In this document: piece by piece, positions 10,237 through 20,000 of the stretch
Numbering within the stretch: the first letter of the stretch is position 1
Layout: each line of letters starts with the position of its first letter
Origin: Thelocarpon superellum
Taxonomy: Eukaryota
Length of the DNA stretch: 20,000 nucleotides
Direction of reading: 5' to 3'
Assembly (NCBI GenBank): GCA_026025795.1
Contig: JAPEUG010000043.1
Location: forward strand, 49,707-69,706
Program-made: the position numbers and the translations under genes
Notes under the pieces: generated by a model
What the model saw: only the letters and a program-made list of their open reading frames with translations
Database searches by the model: none
What the model was told of the DNA's origin: nothing

Positions 10237-12138
10237 CTAGATACCACGATGAGATATTGGATGACGACCGTACAAGAAGCCCATGCGCCCCTTGCGCCGT
10301 GGCTGTCTCTCCTCCTTGCTTTCACCCGCGGGCTTCTTGTGCCCGTGCGTGCCTTTCCATCGCATGAACCAACATGCGAATGGAAACACGACGGTGTTGA
10401 CGGCGCACCAGGCGAAGAGGACGCCGAAATTCAATCCGATGCGAGAGTGCACGTCGAATATGATGGTGCGCGTTGCTTCCACGACTGTTGGTACCCCGCG
10501 TTAGCTTTCCATTCTTGCTTCGAGAAGACAGGAGCAGAGGAGGAAATACGTGAGAGGCGGAAGGGGGGGGTGGAGTGGAAGTGGGTGAACTCACTGTTAT
10601 GCAACGGCCACGCGTAACCCCAGTAGTAGAAGTGAGGAGAGAGGGAGATCTCGTAGAAGCTGGTGCTGACGTTGGTGATGACCCAGAAGATGAGCCAGAA
10701 GGCCGTATACGGCATTCCGAGCACCATGGCCACGTTCTCGCACGCCAGTCCTAGCGCGATCATGCCCACCCAGTTCAACATCCAGTAGATCACGAACGAG
10801 GCGTTGCCGTAGCCGTTGGCGTTCGACTCGCTTGTCGGGACCGTATCGGGTGCGGGGTCGTTGGAGAAGGGGATTTGGAAGGCTAGAGATACCAGCGAGT
10901 ATATCAACGAGAGGATGAAGTAGGCCGTGATGGTCGCCACCCATCGCCAGATAATCAGCTGGTAGAAGTGGAGCGGCGGATGTCCCTGTGGGTTCATGAA
11001 TTTGAGGTGGATCGGTAGGTAGAAGGAGAAGGAGAAGAAGGAGATGATGATCAGATCTGTGCGCATTGACCCCTTTAGCATCGTCCTCCCCTGACTTGGT
11101 CGAGTGCAGCAAGGGAGGAACCCCCTGCTACAAGGCGCCTCGAGCGAAGCGAGCGAAAGAGCGACTTACAGATGAGACCGATGGTGATGGTGGGGGTGGC
11201 GGTGGGGGGCGTGAAAGGGCGGAGGTTGAAGGTGGAGAAGCCGATGGCGGGGTTGACGGCCTGTGGCACTCGTTGGAGGTTCTGCAGCGTCGCCGTATCG
11301 GAGGCGTTCTGCAGGACCACGGTGGACCACATCTGTCCAAAGGAGGCCTGGACCTGCGACTCCAAGGCGGTGATGGCGGGGGTGACGTAACTCGAAAACG
11401 TCGTCTGATCGCGCGCTTGCACGTAGATAACCTGCGCTGCACCGAGCGGGTCATAGGAGGTGTTGCCCTGCGCGACGGCCTGTCGCAGCAACGTGGTTGC
11501 ATTGGCGTTGATCACGATGGCCGCCCAAGCATCGTAGTTGTAGATTGCCTGGCGCACGTTGATCGGGTCGTTGTCGAACATGGACGGCGGCACCGACAGG
11601 AAGCCGAGATGTGGATTGCCCGAGTCCACCATGGCCTGTGCCGCTTGCACCACCGCTGGCCCGACTAATGCCGGCGCCCCCGAGTCAATCGGGGCCGCTT
11701 GGCTGTCGAAGTCGACGACATAGACCAACAGGGACGACAGATTCTCCTCGACTCGGAATTGTACAGCCCAGTCTGGCGATCATCAGCGGACGGGCGAGGT
11801 TGATGAGGTTGGAAGACTCACAGAGGGACAAGATACCGAGGATGAAGACGCTGAGGATCAGGGCTGTCCGGGAGTTAGTCTCATGTGGCTCTTGAGGTGG
11901 ATTTCTGGTACATACTGGTCTCTAACCATCCAATCAGGACCTCTGCTCGGACGTTGTCGAGCGACTTGGAGAAAAAGTTGACGGACGGTGGAGGTCCCGG
12001 ACCTTTTTCAACGTCGTCGTCTTCCTCATGACTGCGTTCTCGGCTGAGCTGTACCGACGACGGAGGTCGACTGCGGCTCAACGGTGTCTCTGCTCCTCGT
12101 CGCGCGGCCGGATCACGGTCGGTGGGATTGTAATCCAT
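10237..12138 (-). CDS. SNG1: Sng1/DUF3533-family multi-pass membrane protein (MNNG/nitrosoguanidine resistance protein-like), 525 aa
   Basis: Exons 12138-11916, 11863-11822, 11772-11170, 11056-10595 and 10484-10237 (1578 nt), all with GT-AG introns. Family-like motifs: ILSLYWAV..VYVVDFD, AWAAIVINANAT, YWMLNWVGMIALGLACENV, FWVITNVST, FYYWGYAWPLHNIVEATR, RIGLNFGVLFAW. Confidence 0.88.
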
Positions 12139-12298
12139 CTCCTCGGGCGTGCAACGTGCAGACAGTTACGGGAGAAGTGCAGAAGAAGATGAGGAGGAGG
12201 AGGAGGGGGAAGCGGGGTGCAAGACATATACCGACATGTGGCTGGGCAGTGGGAGCGGCGGCAATAGGGGGGAGGGAGCTTCAGCCTCATGGTGGTCC

Positions 12299-12306
12299 TG
12301 ACGTCA
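12299..12306. promoter_or_regulatory. CRE palindrome TGACGTCA (ATF/CREB bZIP site) upstream of the SNG1-like gene
   Basis: Perfect 8-mer about 160 nt upstream of the ATG at 12138. Confidence 0.4.
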
Positions 12307-12722
12307 ACTGCCAACAATAAAGGATGCGTCTACCACAAAGCTTACGATTAGCCGGCGGACACACCGACCGGCCGGTTGGATCATTCCTCCCCCACGGAAA
12401 CTCGCCTCGCCTCGTCCGTCCACGAGGAGAGGATGGTGGAGCGGACATCTGGACTCGATGAGTCGATGAGAGACTCGATGAATTGCCCCGCAATACCTGC
12501 CTTTCGCATGGAAGGTCGGGGAGGTGGAGCAGAGCTATGGTGAATTCGCCATGTGGGCGTCATTACCAACGCGAGTACTTTCACACTTCGGTTATCGGGG
12601 ATTTAGCCTTTGTCCCAGCCACTCGGTCACCAGCCACTCGTGTACCAGTCTTGCCTTCGCGCGCTAGTTCCAAGTACAGACAAGCGAGACCTGCGACGGG
12701 TGGCGGGGCCACGCGAGATTGA

Positions 12723-12729
12723 TGACTCA
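12723..12729. promoter_or_regulatory. TGACTCA (Gcn4/CpcA/AP-1-type site)
   Basis: GATGACTCAG, about 590 nt upstream of the SNG1-like ATG and 140 nt past the ProRS stop. Confidence 0.3.
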
Positions 12730-12868
12730 GCGTTAACAACACCAGCAGGCAGGTGCACGATGTTCAAGTCGTCGTCTGGAGGAAATGCTTCCGTATAGGT
12801 GCTCCATTTTCTATCATCACCATGATCTTCGTAAAGTCACACCGCATGATCCAGTTCTCCCATCCGCC

Positions 12869-14679
12869 TCAGTAGCTCCCTGTGTGCATGAGCTTAGCGA
12901 CCGTCGAGAGATGCGAGCGAGACACTTACGGCCAAAGAGACACCACGCTTCGGCCTTGTTTTTGCAATGGGGATTGGTGCAAGGCGTTTCGCCCTCGGTC
13001 ACGCCCGGAGGCTGTTCAAAGGGAATGCAGAGGCTTTTGGCACCCATGGACGGAGCGCGCGCATCTTCGGGCGTCTCGTCGCCCGCCTCCTTCCGTGCGC
13101 TGAGCTCCTTGACCTCGTCTTCGCACTTCTCCTGTAGGCAGTGAGGCATGAGGATCACGTTCTTGTCGTTGAGTGCCGGCACAAAGTGCTTCCACTCCGT
13201 CACCTGCTTGATATGCGATTTGAAGGATGCATCCGCTTTGCCATAGAGATCCGCCTGAATGGTGTTGAGGAGCGCGGGCACTTTGGTAGCCAAGTCGGCG
13301 ATGGCCAGCTGCTCTTTTGCTTTCAAGTCGCGCCGTGCCGTCGTGACATAGGCGCCTTGAATCTCGCCTGGCCCCACCTCGAGCCGGAGCGGCACGCCCT
13401 TGAGCTCCCAGTCGTTGAACTTGTACCCTGGACCGTAGCCGTCCCGGTCGTCCACGTGCACGCGCACGCCCGCGCCCTTCAACGTCTTGGCCAAGGCGTC
13501 GATGGAGCCAAACAGCTTCGTCTTCTCCTCCTCCGTCGTCTTGACGTTGATCCCCACCGGCACGATGACGACCTGATACCGGGCGATGCGAGGCGGTAGC
13601 ACCAGTCCCTTGTTGTCGCCATGGATCATGATCATCACCCCGATGACGCGCGTCGAGAGACCCCACGAGTTCTGCCAGACGTACAGCGGGTCCTTCTTCT
13701 CCCCCTCCTTGGCCGACGGGTCCTCGACGGTGATGTCGAACATCTTGCTAAAGTTCTGGCCCAAGCAGTGGCTGGTGGCGCCCTGGATGCCCCGGCCCGT
13801 GGTGGGGATGTAGCCCTCGACGGTGGTGGTGTAGAGCCCGCCGGCGAACTTTTCCTTTTCCGTCTTCTTGCCGCGGATGACGGGCACGGCGAGCAGCTGC
13901 TCGTACACGCCCGCGTACAGCTCGAGGATCTCCCGCACCTCCTGGCCCGCGCCCGCCTCGGTCAGATGCGCCGTGTGCCCCTCCTGCCAGTTGAACTCGC
14001 GCGAGCGCAGGAAGGGCATGGGGTGTTTGAACTCCCATCGGACCACGGAGTTCCACTGGTTCCACCGGAGGGGGAGGTCGCGGTGACTGCGAATGTACTT
14101 GGCGTAGTAGGGATACATGACCGTCTCCGATGTCGGGCGGATGGCGATGGGTTCCTCGAGGTCGCTCTTGCCGGCTTTGGTGACCCAGGCTACCTCGGGC
14201 GCGAAGCCCTCGATGTGATCCTTCTCGCGCTCCAGCACCTTGGCAGAGATGAACATGGGAAAGGAGCAATTCTCGACCCCCATCGCCTCGATCTCGTCGT
14301 TGAACCATCGTTGCACCTTTTCCCAGATGCTCCACGACCCCGGCTTGAGGATGTAACAGCCCTGGACGTCGTAGTAGTCGATCAGGTCGCCTTTTGTGAG
14401 CACCTGCTGATACCACCCGGCAAAGTCCAGTTCCTTATCGACCCCCACTCCGATCAGCGCGGCCCCTTGAATCTTGGCATTCTTCCCCGCTGGTTTTGAC
14501 GCCGTCTTGGTGCCTTCGCTTTTGACTGCCGAGGCCGGGCTGTGGTGTGGCTTGTCCGCCGCTTTCTTCTCGTGCTTGGCCGCTTTCTTCAGCGCATTTT
14601 TCGACGGAGGCTTCTCGCCGGCGACGTCCAGGTTGTCCAGTGTGGCCGAGACCTGGCTGACCTCCTCTTTGGAGGCCAT
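12869..14679 (-). CDS. proS: Cytosolic prolyl-tRNA synthetase (eukaryote/archaeal type, class IIa), 586 aa
   Basis: Motifs IRPTSET, NQWNSVVRWE..PFLRSREFNWQEGHT, IQGATSHCLGQNF, WQNSWGLSTR; anticodon domain (DWELKGVPLRLEVGP); C-terminal Cys pairs CLQEKC and CTNPHC. Exon 14679-12930, intron 12929-12880 (GTAAGT..CAG), exon 12879-12869 restoring LFGRSY*. Confidence 0.97.
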
Positions 14680-14958
14680 GATGCGTGTTGAGAGCGGGAC
14701 GAGACCGGAGGGAGGAGGGGAGCCAGGAGGGACCATGAATTACATCGTCGCTCTGGATGGTGGGGGAATGCCCGGAGCTACGCGAGTCACGGCCAGCCAG
14801 GCTTCAAGGAGTTAGCTCGCTCGGGCCAAACTTCCCTCTCGGCTAAAGATTCACGCGAGCCTGGCCGCAGGTCGAAACTTCCGTTCCATCGTCGAGCTGC
14901 AAGAGCGGCGAGCACGACGAGCGAGTCGATCCACGACAGACCACGCACCACCTACAGC
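14680..14958. promoter_or_regulatory. Compact bidirectional promoter region, ProRS / TCP1
   Basis: Only 279 nt separate the divergent ATGs. Contains GAGTCA (TGACTC on - strand) at 14784-14789, ACGCGAG twice and AAACTTCC twice. Confidence 0.7.
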
Positions 14959-16865
14959 ATGGCGAGCATCTTCGAACAACCTCGCAATGCCGGAACCCTG
15001 TGTACGTGCTGAATGAACGGACGTGAGGCTCGCTGCACCACTGACCTTCTCACAGTCCTGGGTGGTCAAAAGATCAGTGGCGCCGACATCCGAGACCAGA
15101 ATGGTATGACGGAGCGACGTCTCGTACCTGAAGCTCCACTGATGATCGCTACCAGTCCTCGCCACGCAAGCCATCTCGAACGTGGTCAAGAGCTCCTTTG
15201 GTCCATCGGGACTGGACAAGATGATGGTGGATGACATCGGGGTATCTCTCTGTCGTGGTCGTCCTTGGAGGCGCCCTGCTGACCGGTCGTAGGACGTGAC
15301 GGTGACAAACGATGGCGCAACAATCCTCAGTCTCCTCGATGTCGAACATCCCGCCGGCAAGATCTTGGTCGACCTGGCGCAGCAACAAGACAAAGAGGTG
15401 GGGGATGGCACGACGTCGGTGGTCATCATCGCGGCCGAGCTGTTGCGCCGGGCCAACGAGCTGATCAAGAACCGGATCCACCCAACGACCATCATCACTG
15501 GGTACCGACTGGCGTTGCGTGAGGCGGTCAAGTATATGAACGAGAACATCAGCACCAAGGTGGAGCATCTGGGCCGCGACAGTCTGGTCAACATCGCCAA
15601 GACATCCATGTCGAGCAAGGTCATCGGCTCGGACTCGGACTTCTTCTCCAACATGGTCGTGGACGCGATGCAGTCGGTCAAGTCGACCAACACCCGCAAC
15701 GAGACCAAGTACCCGGTCAAGGCGGTCAACATCCTCAAGGCCCACGGGAAAAGCTCGACGGAGTCGGTGCTGGTACATGGCTACGCCCTGAACTGCACGG
15801 TGGCGTCGCAGGCCATGACGACGCGCGTGACGGACGCCAAGATCGCCTGCCTGGACATGAACCTGCAGAAGGAGCGGATGAAGCTGGGGGTGCACATCAC
15901 CGTCGATGATCCGCAGCAGCTCGAGAAGATCCGGCAGCGCGAGGCCGGGATGGTGACGGAGCGGGTACGGATGATCCTCCACGCCGGGGCCAACGTGATC
16001 CTCACGACCAAGGGCATCGACGACTTGGTGCTGAAGATGTTCGTCGAGGCCGGGGCCATGGCAGTGCGGCGGTGCAAGAAGGAGGATCTGCGGCGGATCG
16101 CCAAAGCGACGGGGGCAGACCTGGTCAGCTCGTTGTCGGACCTCAACGGCGACGAGAAGTTCGAGGCCTCATCCTTGGGCCACGCGGCCGAGGTGGTGCA
16201 GGAACGCATCTCGGACGACGAGTGCATCCTGGTCAAGGGCACCAAGGTTCACACCTCGGCCTCCATCATTCTCCGCGGCTCAAACGAGTACCAGCTCGAT
16301 GAGATGGAACGATCGGTGCATGACTCGCTGTCAGCCGTCAAGCGGACCTTGGAGAGTGGGAGCATCGTGCCGGGCGGCGGTGCGGTCGAGACGGCGTTGC
16401 ACATCTACCTCGAAGAGTTTGCGGGGACGGTGGTATGTATCACCAGGCCTGAGAGTGCATCATCGGGCTGACGGGACGCAGGGCTCTCGTGAGCAGTTGG
16501 CCATTGGCGAGTTCGCCCAATCGCTCCTCATCATTCCGAAGACCCTCGCGGTCAACGCGGCCAAGGACTCATCTGAGCTGGTCGCCCAACTCCGGTCGCG
16601 ACACGCTCTCAGCCAACGCATCCAAGACGGCGATGCGAATGAGGACGAGAAGACGATCGCCAAGAAGAAGAACTACAAGAACTACGGCTTGGATCTGTGG
16701 CGAGGCAAGGTGGTGGACGAGGTCAAGGCGGGCGTGTTGGAGCCGTCGATGAGCAAGATCAAGCAGCTGAAGAGCGCGGTCGAGGCGTGCATCGCCATCA
16801 TGCGCATCGACACCTTGATCAAACTGGATCCGGAGCAGCGAGGGGGGGATGAGCATGGCCATTAG
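14959..16865 (+). CDS. TCP1: T-complex protein 1 subunit alpha (CCT1), 566 aa
   Basis: Exons 14959-15001, 15056-15103, 15156-15241, 15293-16432 and 16482-16865 (1701 nt). Motifs [71 protein letters not shown]. Confidence 0.98.
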
Positions 16866-17375
16866 ATGTTCCATACCTGTACTGTGTAACGAGGCGTAGG
16901 CATCCCAAGTCTCGAGCCAGAATACCCACGCCTACGGGCCTGGATGAGTTCATCGCAGACAGCCTGTCTTCGATCTGGAAACTCTTGAGATGATGGCGTC
17001 GGCCATACCTCTGCAGTAGCGCAGCACTTGGGCACGATCACGCCGAAGCCTTTCATGTCCGCTTTTCTCTCATTCTCTGTACCAGTAATCGCGAGTGGAC
17101 GGCATCGCGAGTTTCTCCCTCTCGTCGAGACGGGCCACGCAGCTCGTCGTCCGTACGCCGACGAGGTCCTTGAAATTGACGCCGCAAGGGAAGTGATCGT
17201 CTCCCCGTGCGGCACCGACATGGCTGCGTGCTGGGTGCTGCTTCCTATTGCTCCGTCTTGGTACCAGCACGATTAGTGCTTCGTGCAGGGATGGGAGTGC
17301 TCCCCAACGCGAAGCGAGCTTCGTAAAGGCGGTGGCAGAAACCGCGGCGGGCCACACGCTAACGGTGCCGTGCCT

Positions 17376-17437
17376 TGAGTCACCCCGGTGGCCCGGTGGC
17401 CCGGTGGCCCGGTGGCTGATCCGCCACGCCCCGGTGG
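17376..17437 (+). repeat. (CCCGGTGG)4 tandem plus a fifth copy, preceded by TGAGTCA
   Basis: TGAGTCA at 17376-17382; repeat units start at 17384, 17392, 17400, 17408 and 17430. Confidence 0.8.
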
Positions 17438-17844
17438 TGCAAAGGTGCATTGGTGCATGTTATGATGTGTCCCCTGTATCTCTCGCCCCGATAACCGTAG
17501 CCGCCGGGGCCCTGTTTACTCACCGGTAAACGAGCAAGCCAGCAGGTGGAGCTTGGTCCTCGACCACCACATCCCACCGCCTTCCTGGTGTCGACCAACA
17601 GAGATGTGACCATCGGTCGGCACAGTCCACGTCGGCCCCGCTCGTCGCACCAGTGAATTCTTGGCCTGTGCGCTTTGTCGTGGATCGCTCCCGCCCTTCT
17701 TTGTCCAAGTCCATCAGCCACGCTGCCGCTCCCACTGCAGCAACCCCCGAGACTCGCAATCCTCGAGGTCGAAGCTGGAAGACAGATGTTTCACCTCGAT
17801 TGAAACGCCGAGATCTTCCCATCCTCCTTACCACATCTTGCACC

Positions 17845-19428
17845 ATGGATACCATCACCTTGCTGAAGAAGACTGTGGTCGAGTACTTCTCGCCCGGGCG
17901 AAACCATGCACCCCAAGCTCGGCGGTCGTCGGCCCGGTCGCCGCAGCCGCCGCAACGGTCGCAGTCGATGCACAGTCAGCTCGATCGGATATCGATGAGT
18001 CCGACTCGACGAACCTTCGACTGGCTTTACAGTGGAACGACGCCGGGCAAGGATCCCTCCCGCAAGGTTCACGACGGTCGTGTCACCAAGCGGATCTTGC
18101 CCAGTCCTCCGCCATCCAAGAAGTCGTACCGCGACGACGAACCGTTGAAGCGGTCAAGCGGGGTCGACGCATCGGATGACGGAGACAAGCCGCTTGACCA
18201 ACTCGACGAGACAACGCTCATTGGTGAAGAGAGCATCCACGTACGCAGAACGAGACCCTGTCACGGCGACGAGGACGATGACGAGTACCGCCTGGATGGA
18301 GACACGCTGCTCGACGCGGAGGACGAAGACGAGAGAGAGGAGGTCGCACATATGACAGAGGGAAGGACAAGCAAGACAGGCAAGACAGGCAAGACGGGCA
18401 AGGATCGAGAGACCAAGAACAGCGACGGGGCCGTCTTCAACATCGCCGTAGAGAGGGGGAAGCGTCTTCGCACGTTGAAGCAAGTGGCCAACCAGGGATG
18501 GAGCGAGGCGGAGCTCTTTCTCTTCCAACGCATCACCCTCCGCGCCTTTGAGCCTGTCCTACCCCGCCACTGGGCCATGGATTTCAAGACGATGCCGTCG
18601 GTGTTGTTCAGCCGACGGGACGAGAAGACGTACATCTGCAGTGCGTCGGGGAATGACTTTCGGGGTAGGATCATCTCTAACGCGGTACTTGTCCGCCGCT
18701 GACAACCTCCTTGCAGCTCAGAAAGCTCTCAGCGACCTCATGTCGCTCGGATCAAAAGTGCGGGCATCGCTACAATCAGGCACGATGCCCGACGCGATGA
18801 TCAAGCGCGAGTACGAACGATACTTCAAGTGGGCCGCGGAGGACGGAGAATTCGGTGTGTTGGCCGTCTCTGTCTTTCTCTCTCCAACACACCGTACTAA
18901 CAAGTTGGCCCCATGACAGCCAAGAAAGACTACATCCCTCTGATTGCCATCGCGACGCCAACGAGCAGGACGCGCCGTCTACCGCACCGGGTCAAGAGCA
19001 AAGGACTCGAGGCCTCCATGACGCGCAAACTGCAGTCGCTCGCCGCGCGGCACCGGGCGGCGCTCGCAGTGCGAAAATCCATCGAGCCCAGCGCACCCAG
19101 CACTCTCGTTACACCCTCCGCTTCCGCTTCCTCTGGCTCGCAGGAGCCCTCTTACATCTACACGCCGCCGACCCTCTACGGGATTTTGATCTCCAGCGCC
19201 ACCATCGCAATCGTGACCTACGACGCCAGTCGTCCGTCTTCCCCTCTCCGACCCCTCGCGCTCTTCGACCTCTCACGTACCGGCCAAGACGTATGGAATG
19301 GCTTCTCGATTGCACTCCTAGCCAACGCCGCCCGCGACGAGATGGTCAAGTTGGACCAGGTGGTGGAGTTTGCGGACCGAGCAGCAGATCGATCTTGTTT
19401 TGTCGGAGCCGAAGAGCCGGATGCTTAG
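17845..19428 (+). CDS. Uncharacterised fungal protein, 488 aa: disordered S/P/R-rich and acidic N-half, folded C-terminal domain
   Basis: CACCATGG start context. Exons 17845-18664, 18717-18854 and 18920-19428. Introns GTAGGA..GCTGAC..CAG and GTGTGT..TACTAAC..CAG join three ORFs in frame (NDFR|AQKALSDL; EDGEF|AKKDYIP). Confidence 0.85.
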
Positions 19429-19654
19429 GACATAGGACCAGGATATCGGTCGCAGAGGGGGTGTGTGTCTTCTCGTGACCTCTGCTTGCATCGTGATTCC
19501 ACTTGATACGTGACATGATGGTACGGGACGGGGCGGGACATGCGAGATGGATGGGTGGCGCAGGGTTTGGGGAGACGGGCAGGCAGTTCGTCCGTCAGTT
19601 GGTAGTTGGTGGCCGGTCGTTGGTCTGTGTGGATATGCATGGATGAGATGAAAC

Positions 19655-19697
19655 GAACTGAAGTGAATTGAAGTGAATTGAAGTGATGAAGTGAAGT
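19655..19697 (+). repeat. Pentamer microsatellite (GAAGT/GAATT)n
   Basis: gaactgaagtgaattgaagtgaattgaagtgatgaagtgaagt. Confidence 0.8.
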
Positions 19698-19850
19698 ACG
19701 TCTCATTATGGCCTATCTCGCTCCGTCTCCCTCTCTCTCTACTTCTCCGTCTCTGTCTATGCGTCTCCCTCCCTAGCCGCTCGACGTGCACAAGCATTTC
19801 TACCATTATGGGGATCAGTCATTCATTGTTCTCATTTACCACATTCCCAA

Positions 19851-19886
19851 CTCAGACTCAGGCCCAAGCTCAGGCTCAGGCTCGGG
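19851..19886 (+). repeat. Degenerate (CTCAGG)n hexamer repeat
   Basis: ctcagactcaggcccaagctcaggctcaggctcggg. Confidence 0.65.
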
Positions 19887-20000
19887 ATCTGTCCTGCCCC
19901 TCCGTGCATTGTCTCAGGCCAGCCAGCCTCGCCTCGGCACTCACGATGTCTACTGCTGGTGGAGAGTAGACCGAGAAAAAGAAGCTGAAGCTGCCGTCTG

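Noticed and set aside
10485..11169. Stwintrons or intronic snoRNAs in the long introns
   Set aside because: No internal donor/branch/acceptor set that rebuilds a second intron, and no C/D box pair or H/ACA layout was seen.
17653..17844. Upstream GTG-start extension of the 17845 gene
   Set aside because: CACCATGG at 17845 is an ideal start, and the upstream sequence looks like 5' UTR.
19691..19945. 92-aa ORF with a signal-like N-terminus and QAQAQA
   Set aside because: Produced by CT-rich and hexamer microsatellite sequence, with a non-ATG start.
1..20000. tRNA, rRNA, snRNA, TPP riboswitch, CRISPR array
   Set aside because: No signature motifs found by eye; tRNAscan-SE and Infernal/Rfam would be decisive.

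Overview
GC-rich, gene-dense DNA from a filamentous ascomycete (Pezizomycotina-type GT-AG introns with CTRAY-like branch sites). I can build seven gene models: (1) the 3' part of cytoplasmic dynein heavy chain (+, begins before the window); (2) an intronless 132-aa secreted orphan/effector-like protein (-); (3) a membrane-embedded GNAT acetyltransferase (+); (4) a Sng1/DUF3533-type membrane protein (-, 5 exons); (5) cytosolic prolyl-tRNA synthetase (-), head-to-head with (6) chaperonin CCT/TCP-1 alpha (+, 5 exons); and (7) an uncharacterised 488-aa protein (+, 3 exons). I found no RNA genes, transposons or CRISPR. Most of the window is ordinary housekeeping sequence and no clear novel multi-gene system is evident. 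The best leads are a start-stop element plus proline-rich upstream leader on the ProRS gene, the ProRS C-terminal RSY placed on an 11-nt terminal coding exon, the orphan secreted protein, and the E-box cluster and G-quadruplex motif in the 2.1-kb spacer beside it. All calls are by eye and from recalled family motifs; no searches were run.
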